Below are positions 1 to 13,584 of a stretch of DNA of 64,000 nt, one piece after another. The stretch lies in NCBI GenBank assembly GCA_013239625.1, contig MU053493.1, positions 629,793 to 693,792 on the forward strand. The letters run 5' to 3'. The stretch is from Lama guanicoe (taxonomy: Eukaryota). Every line of letters begins with the position of its first letter. Position 1 is the stretch's first letter. Below the pieces are notes generated by a model that was not told the DNA's origin, did no database searches, and was given only the letters and a program-made list of their open reading frames with translations. The translations under genes were made by a program, and so were the position numbers.

Positions 1-135
1 AAACTAATTAGAAAAGAGCAAAGATCTAAATAGGCAGTTTTCCAGACAGATATTCATATGGCCATTGGGTACCTAAAAAGTGCCCAACATCACTAACCAT
101 CAGGGAAATGCAAATTAAAACCACCATGAGATATC
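1..135 (+). mobile_element. L1 ORF2 3' fragment
   Basis: catcagggaaatgcaaattaaaaccaccatgagatat is typical of the L1 ORF2 C-terminus. Confidence 0.75.
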
Positions 136-139
136 TTGT

Positions 140-1930
140 ATTACAATATTAGATACAATCACAATGCTAGATAGAGTATTATAATACAACATAAAGTTTT
201 CTCCAGTCAGGCATAATATTAATCCTAATAACAGGTTTATGTAAACGAGGCACAACCACTTCACATAAGGTCTGTGCAAACATTTCAATTTCCATTCAGA
301 TGTTTATCTTAATCCCATCAACAGTTGCTTTCCCCATATCCTCCCCGATCTAATTTTAGCCCTACTTAGCACTTCACCAACAGATTTAGGAATCAGGGTC
401 TTGGACTCCAATGTCAAGGAGTCCTGGACAGGTTTCTTCTCCACCTCTTGGTCATTTTATCCACACTGTGTATATGGCCTTAGGTTCCAAGCTGGGGGTT
501 GGGTCTTTCATTAATCTTCATCCTGATCTGCTGGGCTAGAGTCCTTGGATATTTGAAGACAGGTTTCTGATTGTCGTCTTTGCCTCCCAGCTTAAAAAAT
601 TCCTATAAACTAGAGTCAACAGAATGGACTTGCTCAGAGCCCTTCATCATTGGGGCTAGTAGGGCAACCTGTGTGTTTGCGTAACCTTGATAGTCCTGTG
701 ATAGGACCTTTGTGTTGACCTCATTGATGTCTGCCTTTTTCATTCTATTCCTTAACAACCATTCAAAGTCTTCCACCCTGCTGGGACAAGTCCCCTTGAC
801 TATTCCCTCTTGTCTTTCTCTATTCCCTTGTGGCTCACTCTAATTATCTTAGCATCTGTAGACTCAAAAGAGGAAGCTAAGATGATGCATTTGACACAGC
901 ATCTCAGACTATTGCTTGATGTTTCAGCAGTAAGTTTACATGGAGTGCCCATTTGAAAGAAGCCTCCTTCATTGTGAAATCTACCATGATGTGAGTAAGG
1001 GGCTTATTCAATCAACGAACTTGCCCACTGTGACAGCCAACCCAGTTTGGCTGACATATACTTCATACTAGCTGCTTAATCTGGAAAATTCTGCTTAGCA
1101 TTTAGAGGAGAGAAAGGAAAAAAATTCCCCTTCTCAGAGTAAACAAACCTCACAGTGGCTTATATCAGTCTACTCGACTAGCTGTCCCTGCAGTATTAGG
1201 CTGCTGTGTGTTCGCATTATGTGTGGCCATCTGTGATTGATCAGTAGTTACCTGGGCTCTGCATCAACCCCAACCTGCCCTGCCATAGCACAGCAGCAAA
1301 CATCAAGGGCACTGCTCCTGAGTTACACTGCCCACCTAGTTATTTATTCATTGTAAAAAGACTGCTCTTTAGGAAACTGATGATACTGATTCACAGAGGA
1401 GACAACTGCTTCACACTGCCTTCATTTTGGTAGCTTCTTAGTTTGGCACCTCCACTGCCACCAGGATGACTTTCTTGGTAATAAGAGATCATACAAATAT
1501 CATCTGTTGTTCTAGAATAATCTTCCCTTTGTTGGCAACCCTGAGGCTAGTGGCTATAGCGAGAAGTGGCCAAAATTCAAGCTTAGTGAAGATGCAGGTT
1601 CTGCTTCAACAATTTCCTCTACTTAATTTTAGCTGTTACAGATAAAAACAATCAAGGGATTATATATTTAGCTTTTTGTTCTCACTGCTTTGCATTCCCT
1701 TAGCTATCCAATGAGTAGACTCTTAAGGAGTTGGATCTGTCATTTCTAAATCCCACTGGTAATATTTTCCTTCAGTAACTGATCCCAGTGCAGTTGCTAC
1801 CTCTCACTATGGGTGACTTACTAGCCATCCCTGCATCTCAGGTTTGCCATTCCCTGCTCTTTTGTCCATTCTTTTCCCAAATAATACTTCCACCATGTTT
1901 CAGTGACTCAGAGTCATCCATGTGAATGAC
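140..1930 (-). mobile_element. Degenerate ERV internal region attached to the MER21-like LTR
   Basis: Directly downstream (minus strand) of the LTR at 1931-2535; non-L1 composition; no intact ORF. Confidence 0.5.
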
Positions 1931-2535
1931 TAACTAACACCAACTTGAGAACTGGGTTCCCAAGACAACCCTCAGACTCAGTGATTCACTAGAAGGACCC
2001 ACAGGACTCATAAAAGCTGCTATACACACAGTATAGTTTATCCCAGTGAAAGGAAACACTAAAATCAGAAAAATGGAAAAGGAGTATGGGGCAAAGTCCA
2101 AGAAGGAACCAGGTACAAGCATTCCATCATCCTTTCCCAGTGGAGTCACATGTATGCCCCTAATTATCCCAACAACAATGTGTGATAACACGTGTGAAGT
2201 GTTTTTAACCAGAAAAGCTCATCAGGACCTTGGTGTCCAGAATTTTTCTTGAAGGTTATAGCACCTGCATGACTGACCATGGCTACTCAAAGTCCAGCCC
2301 CACAAGGCAAAATAAGATATTCACAATTAATCACATTGTTAGCATAAATAATTATCTCATCAAACTGGTACTTTGGGATCAAAGGCCTCCATACAAAAAC
2401 ACCCTTACCAGGCAGAATATTCCAAGGGCTTAGAGAGATCATCTCCCAGGATCAGACCAAGGGCCAATCCTGAGACATGTCTGAACATGTCTGGCTGAAC
2501 AACCCAGGCCTGCTGGGATAGTCCCTTCTCCCACA
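1931..2535 (-). mobile_element. MER21/MER77-like LTR
   Basis: cccaagacaaccctcagactcagtgattcactagaaggacccacaggactca... and the terminus aacccaggcctgctgg...cccacac resemble the reverse complement of MER21-group LTRs. Confidence 0.7.
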
Positions 2536-2579
2536 CTGTCTAACTTCTTTTATGAATCTCTTGTTATCTTCATACAAAA

Positions 2580-4510
2580 ACCAGAACTTGCAGAAATATG
2601 AAATCAAAGAAAATTAGAGATCCACTTTTCCATAAACATTGAAGGAAAAATTTTAACAAAATATTAGTGAGTTGAATCCAGAGCTGCTAAAATATCTAAT
2701 GTATAAGGACCAAGTAAGATTTAATCCCTGGAATGTAAGCTTGATTGAACATACAAATCAACCAACGTAGTTTATCATATTATTATAAGAAATGAGAAAA
2801 ATCATCAAATCATCTCAGTAGATGCAGAAAATTCATATGAGAAACCAAGTTATTTATGATAAAACTTGATAACAGTCTTACAGTAGGATACAATTTCCTA
2901 GATCTATTAAAAAACATCTATGAAAAACAAAAAACCTACAGACAGCATCATACTTAATATAGAAAAAAAATTGAGTGCTTTCCACTTAAGATGAGGAATA
3001 CAGCAAGGATATCCTCTCTTACCCCTTTGGTCAACATTGTATCTGAGGTCCTAGTCACTGCAAGTGAGAAAGAATAAAAGAAATAAAATTCTTGCAGATT
3101 AGAACATAAAAGATAAAACTGCCTTGACACTTAGATGAAATATTTATATCTGTAGAGACTCTTCCTCTAAGGAGTCAACACAAACTACTAGAATTAGCAA
3201 GTGAGTTGAGAAAGGTTAGAGAACCAAAAAATACAAAAAATAAAATTATACTGAAATACTATTACTGAAAAATTGGAAAGTATCATTTGAAATGATATAT
3301 CATTTAGAATGATATTAAAGTAGTTTTTCTTTTCCCAAAAATTGTAGTAACCCAATGTTCATAGCAGCACTATTTGCAACAGCCAAGACATGGAAACAGC
3401 CTAAATGTCCATCAACAGATGACTGGGTAACGAAGATGTATATTTATACAATGGAATACTATTCAGCCATTAAAATGACAACATAACACCATTTGCAGCA
3501 ACATGGATATCCCTGGAGAATGTCATTCTAAGTGAAGTAAGCCAGAAAGAAAAATACCGTATGAGATCACTCATATGTGCAATAAAAAATGAACATAAAT
3601 ATAAAACAGAAACAGACTCATAGACATAGATTACAAACTTGTGATTGCCAAGGGGGAGGTGGGTGGGACGGGACAGACTGGGAGTTCAGAATTTGTAGAT
3701 ACTGACAGGCATATGCAGAATAGATAAACAAGATTATACTGTATAGCACAGGGAAATATATACAAGATCTTGTGGTAGCTCACAGTGAAAAAAATGTGAC
3801 AATGAATATATGTATGTTCACGTAGAACTGAAAAATTGTGCTCTACACTGGAATTTGACACAACATTTTAAAATGACAATAATTCAATTTAAAAAATGTT
3901 AAAATTAATTAGATAAATTTAACAAGATACGTGCAGGAGCTCTACACTGAAATCTACAACTCATCTAGGAAAAATTAAAGATAACTTAAATAAGTCCATG
4001 GATCGGAAGACTCAGTTTTGCCAAGATGTCATGTCATTTCTCTGAAACACATTTATCATTTCAATATAATTCAAGATAAAATTCCAGATAAATCCCAGTA
4101 GTTTTTTTTTTTGCTTTGTTTTTTGTTTGTTTACTTTTTTTTGTAGAAATCACCAAGTTCTTTCTACAATTTACATGGAAGTACTAATTTATATAGAATA
4201 ACATTTTTGAAAAAGATACACTATAAAGCTATAGTGATTGAGAGATTTTGTTACTTGTCTAAGGATAGACACACAGATTAATGGATCAGAAGAGTAAGTC
4301 CAGCAATAGACCCAGGCTTATGCGATCAATTTATTTTTGACAAAATTGCCAAGGTAACTAAACAGGGTAAGGATAATCCTTTCAACAAGTGATCCTGGAA
4401 AAGCAGCAACAAATAAATCTCAACCTTTTGTTGTTGTTGTTTCTCACACCATACACAAGTGACTGTAAATAAATCTTAGCCCTAAATGTAGGAAACTATA
4501 AAATTTGAAA
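2580..4510 (+). mobile_element. Old L1 ORF2 (RT region) remnant interrupted by a younger L1
   Basis: Degenerate L1 motifs such as catctcagtagatgcagaaaa and tttttgacaaaattgccaagg. Confidence 0.75.
3351..3905 (+). mobile_element. Young camelid-type L1 3' end
   Basis: cccaatgttcatagcagcac...ctggaatttgacacaaca plus A-rich tail; same 3'UTR as 28730-29200, 31500-31967 and 43880-44364. Confidence 0.9.
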
Positions 4511-4916
4511 AGTCAAAAAAAGTCGACAGGCTGGGAAAGACTACTACAAAACAGGACCTTACTCCCAATGTCCACCAGTAAATCAAATCCAGAAGGGGAC
4601 CCACAGCTTGAAGGCCATGTATACCTAGAGCTTCCAGATTTCCCACATAGAGTGCTGCTTCTTCTCACACTGCATCAGCTTCAGCCCATTTTAACCCCAG
4701 AAATAAAGTGCTTACAGATGGGCTTGGATACCAGATTTCTTAGAAGAACTTCAGTTTTATATTGAATAGTGTACCCCTAAAAAGCTATGTCCAAGTCCTG
4801 ACCCCCAAGTATCTGTGAACATGAACTTATCTGAAGATAGTTTTGGAAGATGTATGGGAATTAAAGATCTTGGTATGAGATAATTCTGGATTTAGAGTGA
4901 GTGTGAAATTCAGTCT

Positions 4917-6071
4917 CAGGGACGTCTCATTTTATTGTGCTTCCGTTTATTGCCCTTCATGGATATTGCTTTTTTTTTTCCAAAAAAAATAAAGATTTGT
5001 GGCAACTCTGGGCTGAGCAATTCTATCAGCATCATTTTTCCAACAACCATGTGCTCCCTTTGTGTTTTTATGTCACATACTGGTAATTCTAACAAAACGT
5101 CAAACTTTCTCACTATTACTGTGTTTGCTATGGTGGTCAGTGGTCAGCGATATTTGATGTTACTATTGTAGTCATTCTGAGGCACCACCGACCACACCCA
5201 TATAAGGTGGAGAACTTAATCAATTGCTGAAATGACAACAAAGGACTTAGAATATTACATAAGCTTGGCTGACAAAGCAGCACAGGGTTTGAGACTACTG
5301 ACTCCATTTTTTAAAATACAATTTATTCTTTTTGAGCAGTTTCACGTTCACAACAGAATTGAGCAGAAAATACAGAGTTTGCACATAGCCCTCCACAGCC
5401 ACACATATATACTCCCCTACCCTCACATCCCTCATCTGTGTGGCATATTTGGTGCAATCGATGAACCAACATGGGCACATTATTATCAACCAAAGTCCAT
5501 AGTTTACATTGGAGTTCACTCTTGATGTTGTACATTCTATGGTTTTGACAAATGCATAATGACATGCACCCACCACTATAGTATCATACATACTGACTCC
5601 AATTTTGAAAGAAGTTTTACTGTAGGTAAAAGGTTATCAAAAATCACTGCATGCTACAGAAATATGATTCATGATAATAAGAGTCAATCTACACAGCAAA
5701 CCATTATTATCTCATTTTAAGAAATTGCCACAGCCACCCAAGCCTTCAGCAACCACCACCCTGACCAGTCAGCAGTCATCAACATCAAGAAAAGACTTTC
5801 CACCAGCAAAAAGGTTAAAACTCACTGAAAGCACAGATGATGGCTAGCATTTATTTGCAACAAAGTATTTTTAAATTAAGGTATGTGCATTATTTTTAGA
5901 CACAATATCATCACATGCTTAATAGACTACAGTATAGTGTAAACATAACTTTTATATGCACTGGGAACCAAAAAAAAGTGACTTGTTTTATTGTGATATT
6001 TGCTTTATTGCGATGTTTGCTTTATTGCAGTGGTTTGGAACAAAACCTGCAGTGTATCTGAGGTCTGTCTG
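4917..6071 (+). mobile_element. Tigger1 DNA transposon, internally deleted
   Basis: Termini cagggacgtctcattttattgtgcttcc and tttattgcagtggtttggaac...gaggtctgtctg; transposase remnant MTTKDLEYYISLADKAAQG. Confidence 0.85.
5307..5590 (-). mobile_element. L1MC-like 3' end inserted in Tigger1
   Basis: TSD tactgactcca at 5296-5306 and 5591-5601; T-rich tail on the left; ccaaagtccatagtttacatt motif. Confidence 0.8.
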
Positions 6072-7437
6072 TTTCAGTCTACTTACATGAGAAAGTCAAT
6101 GAGATTTAAGACACAGAAAAACACAGAGAAGAAGGTGATGTGAAGATGGAGGCAGAGATTGGAGAGTGGTGGCCAGAACCTAGGAAAGCCAAAGATTTTG
6201 CTGGCAACAACTAGGAGCTAGACTCTATCGTAGAGCCTCCAGGAGGAACCAACCCTGCTGACACCTTAATCTTGGACATTCTGTCCTCCAGAACTATGAG
6301 GGGATAAATTTCTGCTGTTTCTGGGATGTTTGTGGTAATTTGCTATGGCAACCCTAGGAAATTAACATACTCATTATATCCACATGGATTTCCTGAAAAT
6401 CCCTCAACTTGGAAAGAGTTTAGGGTCATCAAATTCCAAACTCCTTTTCATTCTATGTCTCAAGTCATGTCAAACAGGATAGTTGTTTAAGGACAAATGC
6501 AATTTTTCTTTTTCTCTGTTGTTCAGGAGTCTTTGCTAAGGCGCCAAACTAAGGCACAGGGGCTTAAGGGACCCAAGTTATATTTCAGGGAATGCCTATT
6601 ATTGACTTTCTCCCAGTGAATTGAGAGACATTATTTCCTAGCACCCCAATATGTCCACGCACCAGCCAGTATGAGAGTCAGGGAGGGAGAGAAGTGCCCC
6701 TTCTGAGGGAGGGGTTGTCCACAGACAAAGGCTGTTCTAGACCATTGCCTCTCCGCAAGAAAGACAAAGCAGTTGCCTTCTTTTCTGAAGAAATGCCCTA
6801 AGAAAGGCAGTAGTGAAATAAGACTGTGCTTACTAGAAGTGAATTTTGGCATTTCCCCCGATTAGAGAGCTGGTATTCCATGGAACTTGTTAGCTGCACT
6901 ATTTCCTACTGATGTTGATATATCAAGGAATTTGTCCATTTCATACACGTTGTCAAATTTATTGTCCTAAAATTTTTCAAAATGTTCCTGTCTTATCATT
7001 TTTATTGTTTGCAAGATGCTTGGTGATATACTCTCTTTTCATTTCTGAATTTGGTAATGTGTGTATCTTCTCCTTTTCATGGATGTGCTTAGATGTAAAT
7101 TTATTAACTTTATACAGCTTTCTAAATGATTCATAGTTAAAAATCTTCCCACTTAAAAAAAAAGGAAATGCCCCACCAAGATAGCTTCATTTGTGAGTTC
7201 TGTAAAATTTATGCAAGACATTATATCAATCTTACCAAAATTCTCCTTAAAAATAAAAGAGGGAATTTTTTTCAACTTATTTTTTCATATCAGGATTACA
7301 GGATAGAAAAATCAAATAACTACATTAAAAGAAAATCATAGACTAATTTACTCATGAGCCTAGAAACAAAAATTCTTAATAAAATATTATCATATTAAAT
7401 CCAGCAATATGTAAAGAATGTAGTAAGTCATGACTAG

Positions 7438-9621
7438 TGGGGCACTCCCCAGTGGACATCTCCTTCCCAGTCTTCTTCCCAGCTGAAGTGCTCCAACCCT
7501 GCCTGCTACACACCACAGCCCAGAAACAGGTCTAGAAGCCTGTATTCCAACAACAGGAGCACTGAACAGGCCCCCATCATGGCTGTGACAACCATAGAAC
7601 AATAAAAGGAGGCTCCACTCAACAACAACAACCAGGGCAGGCTCTGAACCCAATAACATCAACACACCCCCAATCAAAGTGATAACAGCCAACCCTCATG
7701 AAATGAAAATGGAGAGATTACAACCAACACCACAGAAATACAAAAAATCACAAGAGAACACTATGAACATCTATATGGTAATAAATTGGACAACTTATAG
7801 GAAGTGGATAAGTTTCTAAAAACATACAGTCCACCAAAACTGAGTCCAGAAGAAACAGATCATTTGAACAGACCAATCACTAGCAGTGAAATAGAATCAG
7901 CAGTAAAAAAAAAAAACCTGCCTTCCAACAAAAGTCCAAGACTAGATGGCTTCACTGGGGAATTCTATCAAATATACAAAGAAGAGCTCATACAAATCCT
8001 TCTCAAACTCTTCCAAAGGGTGGAAAGGAAGGAGTGTGCCCAAACTCATTCTATGAAGCCACCATCACCCTGATACCAAAGCCAGAAAAAGACACCATCA
8101 GAAAGGAAAACTATAGGCCAATATCGCTGATGGACATAGGTGCAAAACTCCTCAACAAAATATTAGCAAACAGAATCCAACACCACATAAAAAAGATCAT
8201 ACACCATGATCAAGTTGGTAAGCTTTGACAAAGGAGGCAAGGACATACAATGGAGCAAAGGCAATCTCTTCAGCAAATGGTGTTGGGAAAACTGGACAGC
8301 TGCATACAAAACAATGAAATTAGAATACTCCCTCACACCATACACAAAAATAAACTCAAAATGGCTTAAAGACTTAAACATAAGACAAGCCACTATAAAC
8401 CTCTTAGAAGAAAATATAGGCAAAACATTACCCAACATAAATCTCAGCAATGTTCTCATAGGGCAGTCTACCCAAGCAATAGTAAAAAAAAGCAAAAATA
8501 AATAAATGAGACATAACTAAACTTATAAGCTTTTGCACAGAGAAGGGAACCATAGGGTAAAACAAAAAGACAACCTACAGAATGGGAGAAAATATTTGCA
8601 AAAGATGAGACTGATAAGGGCATAATTTCCAGAACACATAAAGAGCTCATACAAGTTAATAAGAAAAAAAAAAAAACACCCAATCAAAAAATGGACAGAA
8701 CCCTAAACAAGCAATTCTCCAGTGAAGATATACAAATAGCCAATAGGTACATGAACAAATCCTCAGTATCGCTAATTATCAGAGATTTGCAAAACAAAAC
8801 AACAAGGTAGCACCTCATACCAGTCAGAATGGCCATCTTTCAAAAGTCCACAAAAAATAAATGCTGGAGAGGGTGTGGAGGAAAGGGAACTCTCCTGCAC
8901 TGTTGGTGGGAATGTAGTTTGGTGCAGCCATTGTGGAAAACAGTATGGAGATTCCTCAAAAAACTAAAAATAGACTTACCATATGATCCAACAATCCCAC
9001 TCCTGGGCATATATACAGAGGGAATTTTAATTCAAAAAGATACGCACACCCCAATGTTCATAGCAGCAATATTTACAATAGTCAAGACCTGGAAACAACC
9101 TAAATATTCATAGACAGATGACTAGATAAAGAAGTTGTGGTATATTTCTACAATGGAATATTACTCAGCCATAAAAAATAATAAAATAATGCCATTTGCA
9201 GCAACACAGGTTGACATGGAGAATATCATTCTAAGTGAAGGAAGCCCAAAAGAGAAAGAAAAATACCATATAATATCACTTATATGTGGAATCTAAAAAA
9301 AAAAGACAAATGAATTTATTTACAAAACAGAAATAGACTCACAGACATAGAAAATAAACTTATGGTTACCAATGGGGGTTGTGAGTGGGAAGGGATAAAT
9401 TAGGAGTTTAAAATTTGCAGATGCTAACTAATATATGTAAAATAGATAAACAACAAGTTTATACTGTACAGCACAGGGAACCATATTCATTATCTTGTAG
9501 TAACTTATGGTGAAAGAGAATATGAAAATGAATATATGTATGTTCCTATATGACTAAAGCAGAAATTGACACAACATTGTAAACTGACTATGTACTTCAA
9601 TAAAAATTAAAAAAAATAAAA
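7438..9621 (+). mobile_element. Doubly deleted L1: 5'UTR piece, ORF2 middle piece, ORF2 3' end, 3'UTR and poly(A)
   Basis: 7438-7693 matches 25201-25447. ORF2 peptides MDKFLKTY... and ...HHDQVG are fused at ~8220 to [11 protein letters not shown]-tail at 9599-9621. Confidence 0.85.
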
Positions 9622-9649
9622 GTTAGGACAACAGCATTGCTCAAGCTGA

Positions 9650-10930
9650 AACAACAAGAAAACCCTTAGAAGAAAACGTATGTATAAGTCTTCTTGACCT
9701 TAAATTAGGCTAAGTTACATGTACTCATAGGTCATATATATGACAGCAACAAGCAACAAGCAACAAGCAAAGATAAATTTTACTTCACCAAAATTAAAAA
9801 CTGTAATTCAAAGTACACTATCAAAAAGTGAAATGAGAACCCAAGGAATGGGAATAAATAGTTGCAAATAATACATCAAGTAAATGCTTATTATGCAAAT
9901 ACAAAGAATTTTTACAACTCAAAGAGTAAAAGACAACCCAGTTAAAAATGGTCAGAAGATTTGAGTAGACATTTCTCCAAAGAAAATATACAAAAGGCCA
10001 ATAAGTGCCTGCAAGCATGCTCAACCTCATTAGCCATCAGGGAAATATGCATCAAAACCATAGCATGGGAATACAGGATGGCGCTGCCATTTTGGAAAGC
10101 AATCTGATAGTACCTAAAACATTAAGTCTAAAGTCACCATATGCATTAGCAATTCCATTCCTACGCATATTCCCGAAAGAATTCGAAACAGGCACTGAAA
10201 CAAATACTTGTACACAAATGCTCACAGTACCTCTGTTTACAATAGCCAAAAGATGGAAACCACCCAATGTACAACTGAGGAACGTATAACAAAATGTGGT
10301 AATCATACACTTTCCAGTGGGAAAAAAGGGATAATTAAGTACTGATACATACTACAACGTGAATAAATCTTGAAAAAATTGCGCAAAGTAAATGAAGATA
10401 GATGCAAAAGGTCACATATCGTATGATTCAATTTATTTGAAATGACCAGAATAAGTCAATTTATTTGAAGTGACCAGAATAGGAAAATCTCTCGAGATAG
10501 AAAGTGTATCAGTGGTTGTCAGGGTTTTTAGTAGAGGAGAGAATAGGCAGTGACTGCCAATAGATATGCATTTCCTTTGATGGGTAATGAACATGTACTG
10601 AAATAAAATCCTTGTGTTGGTTGCAAAACCCTGTATATCAAGTCAACCCTTGAACAACATGGGTTTGAAGTGAGCAGGTACACTTAGACACAGATTTTTT
10701 TTCCAGTGGTCAATACAACACTACTACAGTTCTCATTTAGTCGAATCAGAAGATGTAAAGAGTAATCTATAAAGTTATACACAGATTTTTTTTAAATGCA
10801 CAGAGGGTTGTCACCTCTACCCTATCTGCTCGTTGTTTAAGGAGCAACTGTTTACTAAAAATTTCTGAATTGTGCACTTTAAAATGGTAAACTTTATGAC
10901 ATGTGAATGACATCTCTATAAACAAGAAGG
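9650..10930 (+). mobile_element. Old L1MB-like 3' region
   Basis: Degenerate ORF2 end and 3'UTR (gtcacatatcgtatgattc, gaattgtgcactttaaaatgg). Confidence 0.75.
10639..10850 (+). mobile_element. Tigger2a-type MITE
   Basis: TIRs caagtcaacccttgaacaac and gttgtttaaggagcaactg. Confidence 0.8.
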
Positions 10931-12225
10931 ATTGATATGGCAGAGGAATAGTCACATCAATTGATGGAACAGAATATAGAGCTTAGAAACACTCCTCCTC
11001 ATAAGTATGGTCCCGTGGCTTCTGACAAAGGAGCAAAAGCAATTCAATGAAGAAATGAAAGTCTTTTCAACAAAAAGTCTGGAGAAATTGAACATTCATA
11101 GACAAAACAATGAACCCTGATCTAACTCTCACATCTTATTCAAAAATTACCTGAAAATGGATCACTGACTTAAATATAAAATGTAAAGAAACTGTTAGAA
11201 GCACAAAAAGACAAGCTACATACTGGGCAAAAATATTTTTCAACCATGTATTGGATAAAGGACTCCTATATAGAATGTATAAATAATTCTCAAAATTCAA
11301 TTGTTGAAAAAATAAGTATGGACAAGAGACACAATGAGACATTTTGATGAAGAGGATATACAGAGAGCAAATAAGCACATGAAAAGATGGTCAACATCTT
11401 TAGTCATTAGGAAGATGCAAGTTAAAATCACAAGGAGATATTATTATACAACAATCAGAAATGTTGAAAAAAATGACAACACTCTATGCTGGCTAGTATG
11501 CAGAGAAACTGGATTATTCAGATTGCTGGTGGAAATTCAGGATGGTACAGCCACTCTGGAAAACAGCTAGTTTCTTTAAATTCTAAACATACAAATAACA
11601 CATTACCCAGAAGTTGCAGTCTTGGGCATTTATCCCAGAGAAATGAAAATTTTATGTTTACATAAAACCTATTTATGAATATTTATAACATGTTTATCCA
11701 TAATAAAACAAAAGCAGGAAATAACCCAGATGCCCTTCAATTAGTGCCTGATTTAAACAAACGGTGGCACATCATTTCATGGAATACTACACAGCGATAA
11801 AAAGGAGTGAACTATTGATAAACACGGCAACCGGGATGAATCGCGAGAAGATTATGAGTGAAAAAAGTTAAACTCAAAAGGTTAAGAATCTTATGAGTCT
11901 CTTTATTTAAAATTCTTGAAATGATAGAATTATAAAAATGGAGAATAAATTAGTAGAGATTACTAATTAGTAGAGGTTACTAACAGTTACTAGAGGTTAA
12001 GGATGAGGGTGGGCAGGTCGAGAAGTGGAGTCTATTAAAGGGCAATATGTGAGATCCTGTGGTGATGGAAATGTTCAGTATCTTGACTATGTCAGCGTGA
12101 ACACCCTGGTTGTGTGATTGTTGTATAATTGTGTAAGAGAGTATCATTAGGAGAAACTTTGGTAAAACATTGTTTCTTATAACTGTAAATATACAATTAC
12201 CTCTACAACTTTAATTTAAAAATCA
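10931..12225 (+). mobile_element. Old L1MC/MD-like ORF2 end and 3'UTR
   Basis: Peptide EDIQRANKHMKRWSTSLVIRKMQVK; 3'UTR motif gatcctgtggtgatggaaatgttc. Confidence 0.75.
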
Positions 12226-12445
12226 TTTGTATTTCTATACACAGGTTATGAAAAATTGGAAAATAAGAAATTTTAAAACATACCATTTACAATAGCATCC
12301 CCAAATATGACAACCTTAGGGATAAATTTAATAAAGCATAGGCAAGACCACACACTGACATTTCAAACTCTCTCTGGTCCAGAGGTAGCTTTTTGTCAGC
12401 CTGTCATTCTAGATATCAGAGGAACAAACCTGAGCTAATAATTCT

Positions 12446-12872
12446 TTTTTTTTTTAATTTAAGTATAGTCAGTTACAATGTGTCAATTTCTGGTGCACAG
12501 CTCAATGTCCCAGTCATGTATATATGTGTGTGTGTGTATGTGTGAAAAAAATATATATTATTATATATATAATATTCATTTTCATATTCTTTTTCATTAA
12601 AGGTTATTACAAGGTATTGAATGTAGTTCCCTGTGCTATACAGAACAAATTTGTTTTTTAATCTATTTTCATATATTGTGGTTAACACTTGCAAATCTCA
12701 AACTCCCAAATTTATCCCTTCCCACCCCCTTTCCCAGTAATCATAGTATTGTTTACTATGTCTGCAAGTCTGTTTCTTTTGTGGACGAGTTCATTAATGT
12801 CTTTTCTTTCCTGTTTTACATTCCACATGAGTGATATCATATGATATTTTTCTTTCTCTTTCTGGCTCACCA
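12446..12872 (-). mobile_element. Young L1 3'UTR insertion
   Basis: Perfect 14-bp TSD gagctaataattct at 12432-12445 and 12873-12886; poly(T) at the left end. Confidence 0.92.
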
Positions 12873-13584
12873 GAGCTAATAATTCTGAGATCAGGATGAT
12901 GCTTCTGTAGGACCAGTCTTTATGAAGCTTGTTCCTTCTACTTATTCCCATTCAGATATCTCTAGGCTCCTTTTCAAATGAAATTGCATTTTTCTTTCAC
13001 TAGCATCCCACTCCAAGGTCCTTGGAGCACAGTCTAAGGCATAAAACTCTGCCTTTATTTGGAAATACCATCCCCACTGGCATTCATTTTTTAAAATCAC
13101 CACACTCGAAAGCGTGATGTTCTGTCCTTTCATTCAATGTAAAGTGTGCCCTCCTCTGAGCCATGCATGATGGGAAAACAAAAATAAATGAAACATCTTC
13201 TCTATCCTCTAGATGGTCACATTCTTAGGGATGAGCTAATTCACTGAAGAGGACCAAAAATCACAACAAACTTATGTAGAACTTAGAAAAAAAAAAAGTA
13301 AGAAAGATCTAGAGCTGGCGATTATTGCACCTTGGGATCTGTGCTCAGCTTTACGTGCCTCATTTTTCAAGGAATCTCAGAGCAATGTGACTAGTTAAGT
13401 GATATGATTTCACTTGTCACAGGAAGACACAGGACTCGGTCTCTCAGGGCACCTCACTGTGCAGAAATTGTAAATTCAGTACAAAGGAAGCGTATCTGAC
13501 CCAGAGACCATGATCCTACTGTTAATCTTTTTCATTCATTTTGTTGTTGCTGTTTGCTTCATAATGGAGCCTAAAGATGTTGGG

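Larger units (their letters stand above)
4755..6369 (+). mobile_element. MLT1 (MaLR) LTR split by Tigger1
   Basis: 5' part 4755-4916 (tgtccaagtcctgacccc); 3' part 6072-6369 (gtgaagatggaggcagagattggag...gcaaccctaggaaattaaca). Confidence 0.8.

Noticed and set aside
8216..8224. GGTAAG at an L1 deletion junction as evidence of splicing
   Set aside because: A used donor GT would have been removed from a spliced product; here it remains.
10428..10483. 28-bp tandem duplication (similar short ones at ~11948, ~24438, ~57588)
   Set aside because: Two- or three-copy slippage duplications with no spacers; not an array or CRISPR-like structure.
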